Assembly: GCA_977017575.1 (NCBI GenBank)
Contig: CDRNVI010000041.1
Coordinates: 186,001 to 250,000, forward strand
Source: Paramoeba atlantica
Lineage: Eukaryota; Protista; Discosea
DNA length: 64,000 nt
Direction of reading: 5' to 3'
Every line of letters starts with the position of its first letter. The stretch's first letter is position 1. Of this stretch, positions 41,554 through 52,502 are shown piece by piece. The translations under genes and the position numbers were made by a program. Under the pieces are notes generated by a model. That model made no database searches, had not been told where the DNA came from, and was given only the letters and a program-made list of their open reading frames with translations.

Positions 41554-41920
41554 CGCTCCAGCGCGTGGGTCGCGCACTGAGAACCTGTGCCTACCCCTTC
41601 CGCAGGATTGTCCAGAGGCAAGGCCCAACTGTGAGCGAATCCCACTTCTGGAGGCAAAGGCCCCAGTTTGCGAGCAAGGCCCAACTGTGAGCGTAGCCCT
41701 GGGACATAATTATATTTTTTGGCGACCCGCGCGCTCCAGCGCGTGGGTCGCGCACTGAGAACCTGTGCCTACCCCTTCCGCAGGATTGTCCAGAGGCAAA
41801 AGGTCCAACTGTGAGCGAAGCCCACGTCTGGAGGCAAAGGCCCCAGTTTGCGAGCAAAACCCAATTGTGAGTGAAGCCCACTTCTGGAGGCAAAAGCCCC
41901 CGTTTGCGAGCAAGGCCTAA
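41554..41920. repeat. 178-bp tandem duplication with nested short subrepeats and a 13-bp hairpin (41722-41751)
   Basis: CGCTCCAGCGCGTGGGTCGCGCACTGAGAACC at 41554 and 41732; repeated GCAAGGCCCAACTGTGAGC-like units. Confidence 0.85.
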
Positions 41921-42105
41921 CCCAATCCATCCAATACAAAATACCGACAAAGTCGGCTAAAACACTTAGTACTTTCACATGAAACATTTCCATCTCTATC
42001 ACCTCCAAATTAGGAGTTTTTGTGCCTATCCTATCCTATCCTATAATACCCCTGCCGGGTAAATGGGTAATTACCCGCATTGACAGGTCGACTTAGAAAG
42101 CTACA

Positions 42106-42195
42106 TACAGGGGGGTAAATCAGATGCTGCGGGGGGTCTAAAAATTATAAAACCCTTCAAATTTTGGAAAATGACAGCGCATTCGAGAGCTCTCG
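42106..42195 (+). mobile_element. Tc1-like TIR region, family A (TA-CAGGGGGG)
   Basis: Aligns with the reverse complement of 4235-4323 (GGGGGGTCTAAAAATT..GCGCATTCGAGAGCTCTC). Confidence 0.65.
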
Positions 42196-42619
42196 CAGAG
42201 TTCTAGGTTTTTGCGCTATTTTCACCCCAAAAGAAAACAATTTTGTTTATGGCATTTTTTTAAAGTTTTTTTGCCCCTCTAAAATTTGCAGTTTTTCCCA
42301 AATTTGCTCATTTTTTCGTTTTTTCTCCATTTCGTCTCAGTTTTTGCCGCGAAAGCGATCCCGTTCTATGCAGAACAAAGGATCTCTCTCCGATAGGGCG
42401 TACTCCTCCCCTGGGCACACCAAATATTCACATACAGTAGCAAAAAAACCGTCAGCAAAAAAACCGTTCGAATGTTTCGGTTTTTTCTTCTTTTGTATAG
42501 AGCTATTGATTAAATATCACCGTTGCGCTGGTAATGTGTGCTAGTAGCATGAGTGTCACCTAATAGTACCCGTAGATAGTTTGCCTCAGTTCGTTCTACC
42601 AAAGAAATAAGAATGAATA

Positions 42620-43510
42620 TTGCGGTGGTTGTAAAACTACCGCTCTACACTCGATTATTGAAAAAAAAGTGAACAAAAACAGTGAAAATGTAAAGGGTAA
42701 CACAGTAATATAATAGAAGAAAAAAATATAAAAGGGGGCTCCGGTGGTCCAAAACTGAAAAAAAAAATTGAAAAAAATGGGGGGTCTAGGGGGGGGGGTC
42801 CAGGGGGGGGGCATGGTCGATCAAATTTTTTCGAAAAAATTAGTTTTCGAAAAAAACCGCAGAAAGGGTAGCCGGGGTCTTGGCGCGCATTTTCCACCCC
42901 CCTACCCGGGGGTGACCCCCCCGCGTATCCGCAGGACGGGTCCGCCAAGTTCGGATTTTTTCGGAAAAATTTTTTCGAAAAAAAATTCAACTTGGCGAAA
43001 AAAATGACAAAAAAAATATTTTTCCAAAATCGTTTCCCCTATTGTATTTTGATAGTTTGGGACCTACACTAGCTTTCTACGCAGTTGTTTTCGCAAGGTA
43101 TCACTTCTTCGAACTGTGGTGCGCCCCTCAAAATGACCCACTTTTGACTAAAAAAGGTGAAAAAGTATTTTTCGGACCTAAAGGGGCATTTTTGTGTCGA
43201 AAGAATGGTATGGTTGGAGTCGCATTCTCTACCCAATACGTTCGGTAGGCTTTCATTCATGCCTGCGAGTGATTTCCCACGCGCAAATGTCGGATTTAGT
43301 GCTCTGAGAGCAAAAATGTGCGAAAATGACCCCATTTGTACCCGAAATTCGGCTATTTTTGGCTATAATCTTTCCGTTTTCCAGGCTAAATTTTCTTTTT
43401 TAGGCTCTTCGTTAAACGCGGCGGTAGTTTTCAACGCGAAGCGCGCAGCATGAGTGACTTCTAAGTTGAAAGCAACCACCGCGTTTAACGAAGAGCCTAA
43501 AAAAGAAATA
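42620..43510 (-). mobile_element. Apparently full-length solo R1 unit
   Basis: Begins A|TTGCGGTGGTTGTAAAACTACCGC and ends with the 97-bp hairpin plus AAAAAAGAAATA; reverse complement of unit 55908-56830. Confidence 0.85.
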
Positions 43511-44927
43511 ACTCGAAAAATATAACTCGTTAATCACTGCATCCTTCCTAAAATTCTGTACGTAAACTTTTAATATATTTTTTTATATAATAATTTATTT
43601 TAGGCTCTTCGTTAAACGCGGTGGTTGCTTTCAACTTAGAAGTCACTCATGCTGCGCTATTCGCGTTGAAAACTACCGCCGCGTTTAACGAAGAGCCTAA
43701 AAAAGAAAATTGGCCAGGGACGCGGAAGAAAACGGAAGAATTTGAGCCAAAAATAGCCGATGTTTTGGTAAAAATGGGGTGATTTTTTGTATATAGAGCA
43801 CTAAAGTCGAGAATGCGACTCCAACCACACGATTCGTACGACTCAAAAAGACCTCTTGGTGTCCAAAAATTACTTTTTCGCATTTTTTGATCAAAAATGG
43901 GACATTTTGGGAGGCGTACCACGGCTTCAAGAAGCGACACCTCGCAAAACCAATGACGTAAAAAGCTAGAATAGGCCACGAACTATAAAAATACAATAGG
44001 CAAAACAAATTTGGAAAAATATTCTTTTTACCAATTTTTTCGTCAAGTTGAAAATTTTTTCAAAATTTTTTTTCCGAAAAAATCGGAACTTGACGGACCC
44101 GTCTTGCGGATACGAGGGGGGGTCACCCCCGGGTAGGGTATGCCCCCCCCATAGACCCCCCAGTTTTTTCAATTTTTGTTTTCAATTTTGGACCACCGGA
44201 TCCCCCTTTTATATTTTTTTCCTTTACGGCGTTTAACGAAGAGCTTAGAAAAGAAAAATTTGACAGGAGAGTAAAAGAAACCAGAGGGATAACTCTGGAT
44301 TTGGTCCAAAAAGAGCCGATAGTTGGGCAAAAATAGGGTTGTTTTTGCATATTTCCGCTCACATGTGTTTTCCTTCGGTTCGCACGATTTTGAACGAAGC
44401 AGGGTGGAGACCTCTTTTTTTGAAAGGCCCTTGAATTCACCCCGGCTTTTGAAGGGGGGGGGATTTACTTCGTGGGTTTACTTCTTCGTTTTGATTCATT
44501 TGGTTTACGCCAGGGGTGCAGTTAATGCCATGTCGGAACGCTTTTCTGACAGTAAGTTGGATATGCACTAATTCAGTCATCAAAAGCATATTTGTTGAAT
44601 GATCAGGCTAAAAATAGAAGAAGTGATGACTGCAACTGTAGATCTGCTATGTAAATGTAAACATTTTTTTAACAAATTTAGTTTCAATTGTATTTATTTG
44701 AGTTTAGAAAATGCGAAGTTACAAATACTTACAGAGGGTTTCCGAGACACAAAGTAAAACCACAGAAAAACTTTGATGCGATGAAACGTAAAAAAACGGT
44801 GCTGTGGACGAATTTAAGCCGAAAATTTCTCGAAAGAAAAGTGTTTTATTTCCTTCTCCAACCTTCGAATCATGAATTCAAAATTTTAAACCAACTTTCA
44901 CTTCCAAACGTCTTCTTACACACTTAT

Positions 44928-45269
44928 TCAGAAAATTAAGTATCTGTTTCTCTTCTTTTTCCCTTTGAAGTAAACGCTCGATGCGCGCTTCGCTTCTTCC
45001 GTAGTGCTAAAACACACGTGCGCCAGTCCTTTTTTTGATACGATTGTTATGCAATCGATTTCACCATACGAAGCGTAATGCTTGGTAAGGTCTTCTTTAG
45101 TCGTAGAGGAGGGAAGGTGTTCTATTGTGATTGAGCGCTCGTCACGCTCTTCGCGCGCAGAGCGCAAAACGTGTAGAGATTCTAAGTAATCATCTCTTTT
45201 GCGCTTTGTATCTCTTTCCTTGTCGGAAATGTCGTTACCATTGGTTGATTGATTCTCCGCCGAGGCCAT
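44928..45269 (-). CDS. Small RRM-domain ORF downstream of RepHel
   Basis: RNP2-like SITIEHLP, TTKEDLTKHYASYGEI and RNP1-like KGLAHVCF; ATG at 45269 gives 113 aa. Confidence 0.65.
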   Translation of the reverse strand: MASAENQSTNGNDISDKERDTKRKRDDYLESLHVLRSAREERDERSITIEHLPSSTTKEDLTKHYASYGEIDCITIVSKKGLAHVCFSTTEEAKRASSVYFKGKKKRNRYLIF

Positions 45270-45363
45270 AGTAAATTCAAAGAAAGTTTTTAAAAAAATC
45301 AAGCTGAGTCTAGAAACATTCAACTTAAAAAGCAATACATGAACGTAGAAGTCTTGTTTTTGA

Positions 45364-45560
45364 AGGGCCTGCCCGGAGGGCCCTTCGAGAGGGTGCAGAC
45401 CCGCTGCCGCGGGGGGTGCTTTACCTCGTGACATGTAATTTTGAAGGAAACAAGCTTCTGATAACTTTTTTTGCAGGGCCCGCCCGGAGCGCCCTTCGAG
45501 AGGGTACAGGCCCGCTGCCGCGGTGGGTGCTTTTGAAGCAAACAAGCTTCTGAAATTTCG
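45364..45560. repeat. 111-bp GC-rich tandem duplication between RepHel and the RRM ORF
   Basis: AGGGCC(T/C)GCCCGGAG(G/C)GCCCTTCGAGAGGGT at 45364 and 45475. Confidence 0.85.
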
Positions 45561-45761
45561 ATAAAAAAAATTGAAAGCAATTTTGACGGAGCGTAATTCT
45601 GCAGCTATGATGGAGACATTTTTTTTTGGTAGAGGGCGCGTGAGCGTTGGGGTCACTCGCACTTCTTCTGCCGAAGCTGAAGACGCCGGGCTTGTGACCG
45701 GTATCAAGCGTGCTTCCCCCCTAGAGAGGTCTTCCTAAGAAGATCGTTTCAATCTAATTTC

Positions 45762-48700
45762 TTAGAATTGATAAGTCAAATCGGTAAGCCGATTTGCTTT
45801 TTCCATGGCCGGAAATTTAGGCCTATGGTAACCTGAAGTCAGGTGTGTTCCTGGGCGATCTGTGCCCATGCCAGGGAGCACTCGAATATCATCGAGGCAT
45901 TGTGCCCTGGATATTGCTACTGTGAGCTTGGCGAGTTCCGGTCTCTTGGACCACGCCTTATCATTCAAGTCAAGAATAACACCTTTCTTCACGGTGATAC
46001 CTTGTACTTTGTGATACGTATAGGCAAATCCCAATTCCACTTGAAAGTTTCCTTGGGAAGCCTTATCATGGTGCTGCGCCTTTTTGGCGTAAAATTCTAC
46101 ACCTGACCCCTTCTCAATGCATTGCATAAAAGAAGGGGCTTTTCGTAGATAACGAACACCATCAATAGTGTCGTATGACAAATCGTCTGACACAAGGTCT
46201 CTCATTTCAATCACTGTCCCATTCGCAATTTTCATTGTATAAGGAGCAATGTTCTCGGTGATTACACCGGGTGCTCCTTTTACAAATACAGAAAATGCTT
46301 CAGGGTGTGTGTCAATGAGTTTACCTTGGACGTTATCGCCTGTCCATGCGAACAATGGGCAATTGTGACGTCTGGAAAAATTTCTTGCCATTGCGACATT
46401 AATCTTGTGCCGTTCAATATTTGTTCCAACAATGACAATTGCATTGCGGAACTTTTCTTGGTCCTCAGAGGTAAGAGGTTTTACCAATTGGATGAACTTC
46501 TTCAACCCCTCATTGGGAGCTTTTCGAAGAAGACGCAAGATATCTGAAAATACAGTATCTTGTCGTGCTCGCATTTGCTGTTTGAGTTCAAACACATACG
46601 AGACTTGAAAAATATTCTCAAAAATGGGATTATTACCAAGAGAGCTATCTTCTATGGTAAGAGACGCTCCTTGTACTGGTCTCAGCTGATAAAAATCTCC
46701 AACAAAGAGCATGTTGATGCCTCCATAGGGAAGCTGCTCATTTCCTTTGATTTGCTGCAGTCTAGTGTTGATACAGGCAAGGAAACACTTGCTGATCATT
46801 GACACTTCGTCGACTATGATTAATCGACATTTCTCATACCTTTGTTGGTATGGTAGAAGGCTACTGCTTGAAAGATGTTTCAAATTTCTTGCAGTAGCCC
46901 CTATCGGTATGCAGAGGGAAGCGTGTATTGTGCAACAGTGCAGTACTGATGCGGCGATCCCAGTGGGCGCCATTGCAATACATTGGCTTCCCAGTTCTTG
47001 CATTATGAAACGGGAAACTAGACTTTTCCCGGTTCCGGGGCCACCGAGCAGAAACATACATTTCCGCTCGGGGTCTAGTTTCCCGTTTAGTAAATCTTCA
47101 ATTTGATTTACGCACTGTTTCTGTGCTTGGTTCAGTTCAATGGAATTGTTGTCTTCGCGCAATATGTAGCTGCGATCGAACGTAATCTCTTCGTATTGAT
47201 TACTGCGAACCAGTGGACGATCCTCATTAAAATGAGCTCTGTCCACTGGTGCACTTGGCTCAGATTGAGCCGAAGTTGCAAATCGTTCGTTTTGGATCAT
47301 TTCAGCATAGCGCTCTCGCGCATTTATGACTGAAATATTGGACCTCGTCCTTGTCATTGTCGATGCAAGATCAACATTTTCTTCAGAGGAGTTCTCAGTA
47401 GAACCTCCTAACGCGGCCGTTAAAGCTCGCGTTTGTAGTTCGCAGTATGCATTCTGCTGAACCAATCGCTCTTCATTAACCACTGCAGTGTTCTGCTGTG
47501 CTTCAAGAGCATCTTGAAGATGAGGTTCAACCTCTCGCACTTCAAGCTCATTTTCGTACGCAATGTTGCGTGCTAATCTTGCTTCTTCCAGAGTGCAAGC
47601 ATCTTTGCGTCGATACAAATCTGCCGCGTTCTCTGTATTCTTCGAAGCATGTAAAAGCCGAAGAAAGTTGCACATTATGTCATACTTTCCAGGCGTATTT
47701 ATTTTCGCTTCATTGAGAAGCTTTTCAAACCCTTCTAGGGTCATTTCATGGCTCGGTGAGCCTTTCGTCCATGGGGAAAACAATGCCACCATGTGTTTCG
47801 CTACTCGAAGATGGCTTCGAGCTCGTGCCCCAGGTTCTTTTGAAGAACTCAATATGGGAAAACCTGGTATAGCTGGCACAGTGTGCAAAGAGCGCAACTG
47901 TTGCTCAACAATATCTCCAGGCTCAAATTCCGGGTGGCCGTCAATGTCCTCAAAGGCGTATCTCCCATTAGCACGACGTCCGCGACGACGTCTTCGATTT
48001 GTCCCTGACTCAAAATCTGAATCATGATCGGGCTCTTCTTGAGCTAGTTCAGCTCTTTTCTTCTTTACGCTGACAATGCCTGCATAGGAATACAGGTCAA
48101 GGTCTTGAAGATCTTCGCCCCTGTGCATGTAACGCACATGGAGTGGTGCAAGAACTGCACAATCATGTTCGGTGATCATTAGAGGAGCCTCTAAGATACC
48201 GTTGTCGAACTCCATATTAGAGTCTTGTGACGAATCATCGTCACTGATTTCTGGATCTCTGTGATCAGACTCACTTGGGATATTTGCCAGGAACTTCATT
48301 ACACGGTTCATATTGATCCATGTGAAGTTATGGCTCATATACTCGGAGGATTGGCCGAGACAAAAGGCAGTTGCCATTTCGATTGAAACTTCTATCTTTC
48401 GATGTGTCATGTTCGACAATTTCTGTAGAACTAAGCGCGCCATCGGAATGTCAGTTTGCACTCTGTTCTCTGAATTCAGACCCATTTGAAGGTGGTCATT
48501 GGCTGCGCGAAGTGCTGGTACAATGTACACAGGTGGACCAATGTCCTTGCTCATATATTTTATGAGATATTGCATAATTTTTATGCCTGGACCTTCGCTC
48601 CCAATGAAAACTACACATGTATTGCATCTTACGCAAGCAGTGAGTGTTTCATTGTACGGAACGGTGATGGATCCCCGTTTAGTGTGTTGTGTCGGGTCCT

Positions 48701-51700
48701 GGTTATTGCGCAGAAGCACAATCAGAGACCTTTCATCAAGTACTGGCCAAATGGTATCATTTTTAATCGGCCGTGTTGGAGCCTTGAGCCGGAATTCCGG
48801 TTGTCCGGATTCATCCATCTGAACCTCAACCTCTCTAACTTCCGTTTCATTTTCATGAAGTACGGATGGAATGCCATATCGGCATTTGTTCTTGCCAATG
48901 TTTCCTTTCATTTTGAAACACATGGGTCTGTGACCAACGTGCTGCTGAACATCAACAGCACATTTGGCCACATGTTCCCTGAAATAATCATCCTTTTCAT
49001 CAGGAATGATATGTAGACCTCCGCGATACATCTTTGAGTAGTCGAGCGTTGCATGGCCGTAAAGCTCCTTACTGATCCTTTGCGCCCACTCGGGCAGATC
49101 AGCGCGCATCGTCGTACCCAAAGACTTCGCGAGACCATCGTGCTCCTTCACAATGTGAATTAATTCGGAGACGTAATGTGGACTAAGATTCGTCCATAGC
49201 ACACTATGAAAGTGTAGCGCACCTCTTTTCTGGCATTCTACAACACCAAAAAATGCTCGAGGGCGACCAAAGAGGCCTTCAAGAACGTCACGTTCCTTCT
49301 TTACCTCATCTACATTCGACATTCCGTACAATTCGGTAAGAAGAGTACGGATTTGCCGTTCGAAAATGCTAGTGGATCTGACAGGATTCCCTTGCACAAG
49401 CTCAGATCGCTTGAGAAGGTTGGCCCGCATTTCCTGCATTTTTTCGCTCTCATCATTTGTGATGATTCTTAGAGCTAGAACGTTATCGTTCATGTTTGGA
49501 CTCACTGTGATCCAGTAACTTGGCAGTCCGTATCGCCTGTATAAGGCGTAGATCTGGCCTTGTGATGCCTTTCGCTTTGCTGGCGAAAAGGGTATCGTTT
49601 TTGCGCATACTTGCACAAATGGCAGAAACTTTGTTTCCAGAAGTTTCGCCTCGGAACTGTTTGGGTTCCTTATAGCCTGTTGCACAATGTGATAGAAAGC
49701 ATCAGCATTGCAAAAATTCATGAGGCTTCTGTGCATATCTTTGTTATACTTCAGATTTTGCACTACTGCTGATGAGACTGCACGGCGCCGAAGCACATCG
49801 TAGCAGTAAAATATGAATCCAGCATTCTTTGCAAATCGGGAATCCGATTGCTCTAGAATTTCCTTGATTTCATATAGTTCAAACGTTGAACCCTTAAAAG
49901 GGTACTTTTGCATCAGCGTCGGAAATGCTCCGAGCAAGATGTTTTCCATGTCGGTATACTCATTGAGTAAACCTTCTTTTTGTTTCAGTTGCATCGCCAC
50001 GGCATGCGTAATTTGCGCACCCGCCGGCGCATTGCTTACAGGGCTGTGATCAGTTACAAAAGATCGTGTGATCTCACCGCGAGGATCGCGATGTAACGTA
50101 TCGGAAGCCACTGCTTGGGTGACCATACTGTTGATGGCGTTTTCACCCTCCTGGGAAACAGATCTATCCCAAAGATGTGAGACAACGTCTCTACAATGTT
50201 GCTCGGTAACAACGTTGATCTTTCCTTCCTCTTTCAGTTGAGCATACACGTGGTTATGCTCACAGAGGAAGTGTACCCAGGTGTTCAGGGTCTCTGATTT
50301 CACGCCGAATATGCCACTCAGCTGTGCAGAACATAGTCTTTGACTACGTTTCGTTCTCCGTTCGTTGGCTATCCAAACAATTTGGATGTTCTTAATCGCG
50401 CCCTCGAGATCAGGAACTCTTTCGAGTTGCAAGAGCTCAAGGGTTTCGCGTGCTGTAGCCGTCACGTGTCCAGTGAACTTCGTGTCTGGCCTTAAGGATG
50501 CGGCATATGCGCCACCTTTCCTATGTACACTGATGATTGTGCAGTGTAAAAACACCTTTTGAAGAAGGATCTCTTCTACCAGCGTGGGTACTGGAAGGTG
50601 ATTTGTAGAAGGTTGTTCTACTGGACCGCGGGGAATTCTCCCTTTTTTGTCCATTATTCTTTGATCCCTTGCACAAAGTTGCGCTTCGGGATTCGGAAGG
50701 TCACTTTCGAGAAGAATAACTTTACAAGAATCACAACTTGTGATACGTTGGTCGTCGTTCATTCTCTTTTTGTACCTTTTCATGCACTCTTCTTGAGCTT
50801 CCGTACTGACTGAAAAATCTTCCAAAGGAAGACGATCAATGTAGGAAGTCTCATAGAAGTATTTTAGTGCGTCTTTTGGATTGCGCTCAATGTCAAAACG
50901 TGTTCGACGTGAGCCATCTCCATTGACTTCGTATGTGTCAAAATTGACAATACATTTCGCGATGCAACATCGTTCAAGCCAGTACCGAAGTTCATTGGCT
51001 GAAGATTCTTTGCATATTTCGTTTGTGTGAAAGATGGTATTTTCACACATCTGCATGATAGCATATGCTGCACTGTCAATAGTGCTAGCATTCGTCACAT
51101 TCGTGACAGTTGCTTGATTCAAAATTGAAACAATTTCATTTTCAAGAGAGGGACTCGTAATAAACGTATAAACGTTCTTTTCACCCTTCTTTTTCAAGGA
51201 AACAAGGACCCATATGGGCCCCGATGATTCATCTGTTTCCAAGTATGTAAATATGTGTAAACCCACACGGTTCCTTGAAGTGAACTTGTCACATTCATTG
51301 AATGGACATACTTTCACAGGAAATCGTCGTGTGTTAATGGTTTTACATAATACATTTTCCACAAAGTAGAGAATCTCTACTGATTTTAGTGGATGATCTA
51401 GCCTTGTGAATGCTTCTTTGGTACGCTTTTCTTGTGGATACAAAGTGAGGGGTATAACCCCCACTTCGCCTTTTTCCAGTGAAGCTTCGAGCCACTTCCA
51501 GAGTGATAAAAGTTTATCACGTTCTGTCAGTTTCGGCCAATCACGGTCTTGCGTGATAGTGTAGGCTATGGCTCCCAGGGAGAGCTCACCTTCATCGTTT
51601 CCTACTAAAGGAACTGGCGTAGTAGCCATGTTTCCAATATTGTAGACGGTTCGAATTGCCGCTATCTGTGTTTCCATAGAAGCTGCGCAATTATATGTGA

Positions 51701-52502
51701 ACACTCGTCGTTTAGTCAGACATACCATGGCGAGAGAATCGCCATTGCCTTTAACGTAAACGACGTTATGTCCATCACGATGTCTCTGAATAGAGCATCT
51801 TTTATCTCCATCGCTTTGGAGGGTTTCATCACAAACAATGTGTGAATTGATGAGAATATTCTCAATCAGTTGAAAAGATGTGAGTGTTAGCGTGGAGCAT
51901 TGCTTCACACGTTCCAGCTCATCATCCTGCGATACTGCATGAGCTCTGTTGCGCTCAGCTTGTGTGATCCGAAGTCGAAAAGCCCGAGCTTCAGCATGCC
52001 GCGGATGGCGGTAAAAATGCTTTTGAAGCCCCTTAAACGTGAACATTTGTTCGGTAGCGCACAAAGTGCATTTGAACTTGTTCTGTTCGCAGGGGAGGGC
52101 AAATTCGATCCAGTCGACTTTTGTTTGAACATAACGTGTATGCTCACTTGACACCAAATGGTATTCATCTGCCGGGATAATACCCGTTGTTCCTTGAATC
52201 TGTGCGAAATACGTACATACTTCGCACAGAGGAACATTCATATCAGTTAGGAGCACCTGTGAAGGGTGTCCCATACTGAGTATGTGTCGCATCATAGATT
52301 TGACACTTAGTTTGCGTATGGCGTGCAGTGCGCATACATACGATCCATTAGAGAAACTTACGTGAAGCTCCCATTTCGGATGTAGATACGCCATTTCCCG
52401 ATGTTTCAGAGAATTCGCGTGATTAGTATTCACCATGACTGGCGGGAATCTTGCAAGATAGCAAAGTAATTGAAAGGAATACATAAATGCATTCCTTCGC
52501 AA
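45762..52502 (-). mobile_element. Helitron RepHel: Zn fingers, HUH Rep endonuclease and PIF1/SF1B helicase (Helitron2/proto-Helentron-like; no AP endonuclease)
   Basis: Rep motif 1 YWITVSPN (~49500), motif 2 FFGVVECQKRGALHFHSVLW (~49205-49255), motif 3 YLIKYMSK (~48550). Helicase motifs GGPGTGKS, IIVDEVSMI, GDFYQLRPV, ELKQQMRA, AYTYHKVQG and VAISRA. Confidence 0.95.

Larger units (their letters stand above)
39141..44420. repeat. Left repeat block: nested and inverted copies of repeat R (R1 and R2) plus fragments of other elements
   Basis: Recurrent AGGCTCTTCGTTAAACGCGG/CCGCGTTTAACGAAGAGCCT arms (39242, 41130-41230, 43400-43500, 43600-43700) and the GCGGTGGTTG..AACTACCGC terminal hairpin (39141, 42620). 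Confidence 0.9.

Noticed and set aside
45270-45707. N-terminal half of the 259-aa ORF in the track
   Set aside because: Non-ATG start, and it runs through a 111-bp non-coding-looking duplication. Only the ATG-initiated RRM part is credible.
45762-47100. Host PIF1 helicase gene
   Set aside because: Fused in frame to a HUH Rep domain and located in a repeat island, diagnostic of Helitron RepHel.
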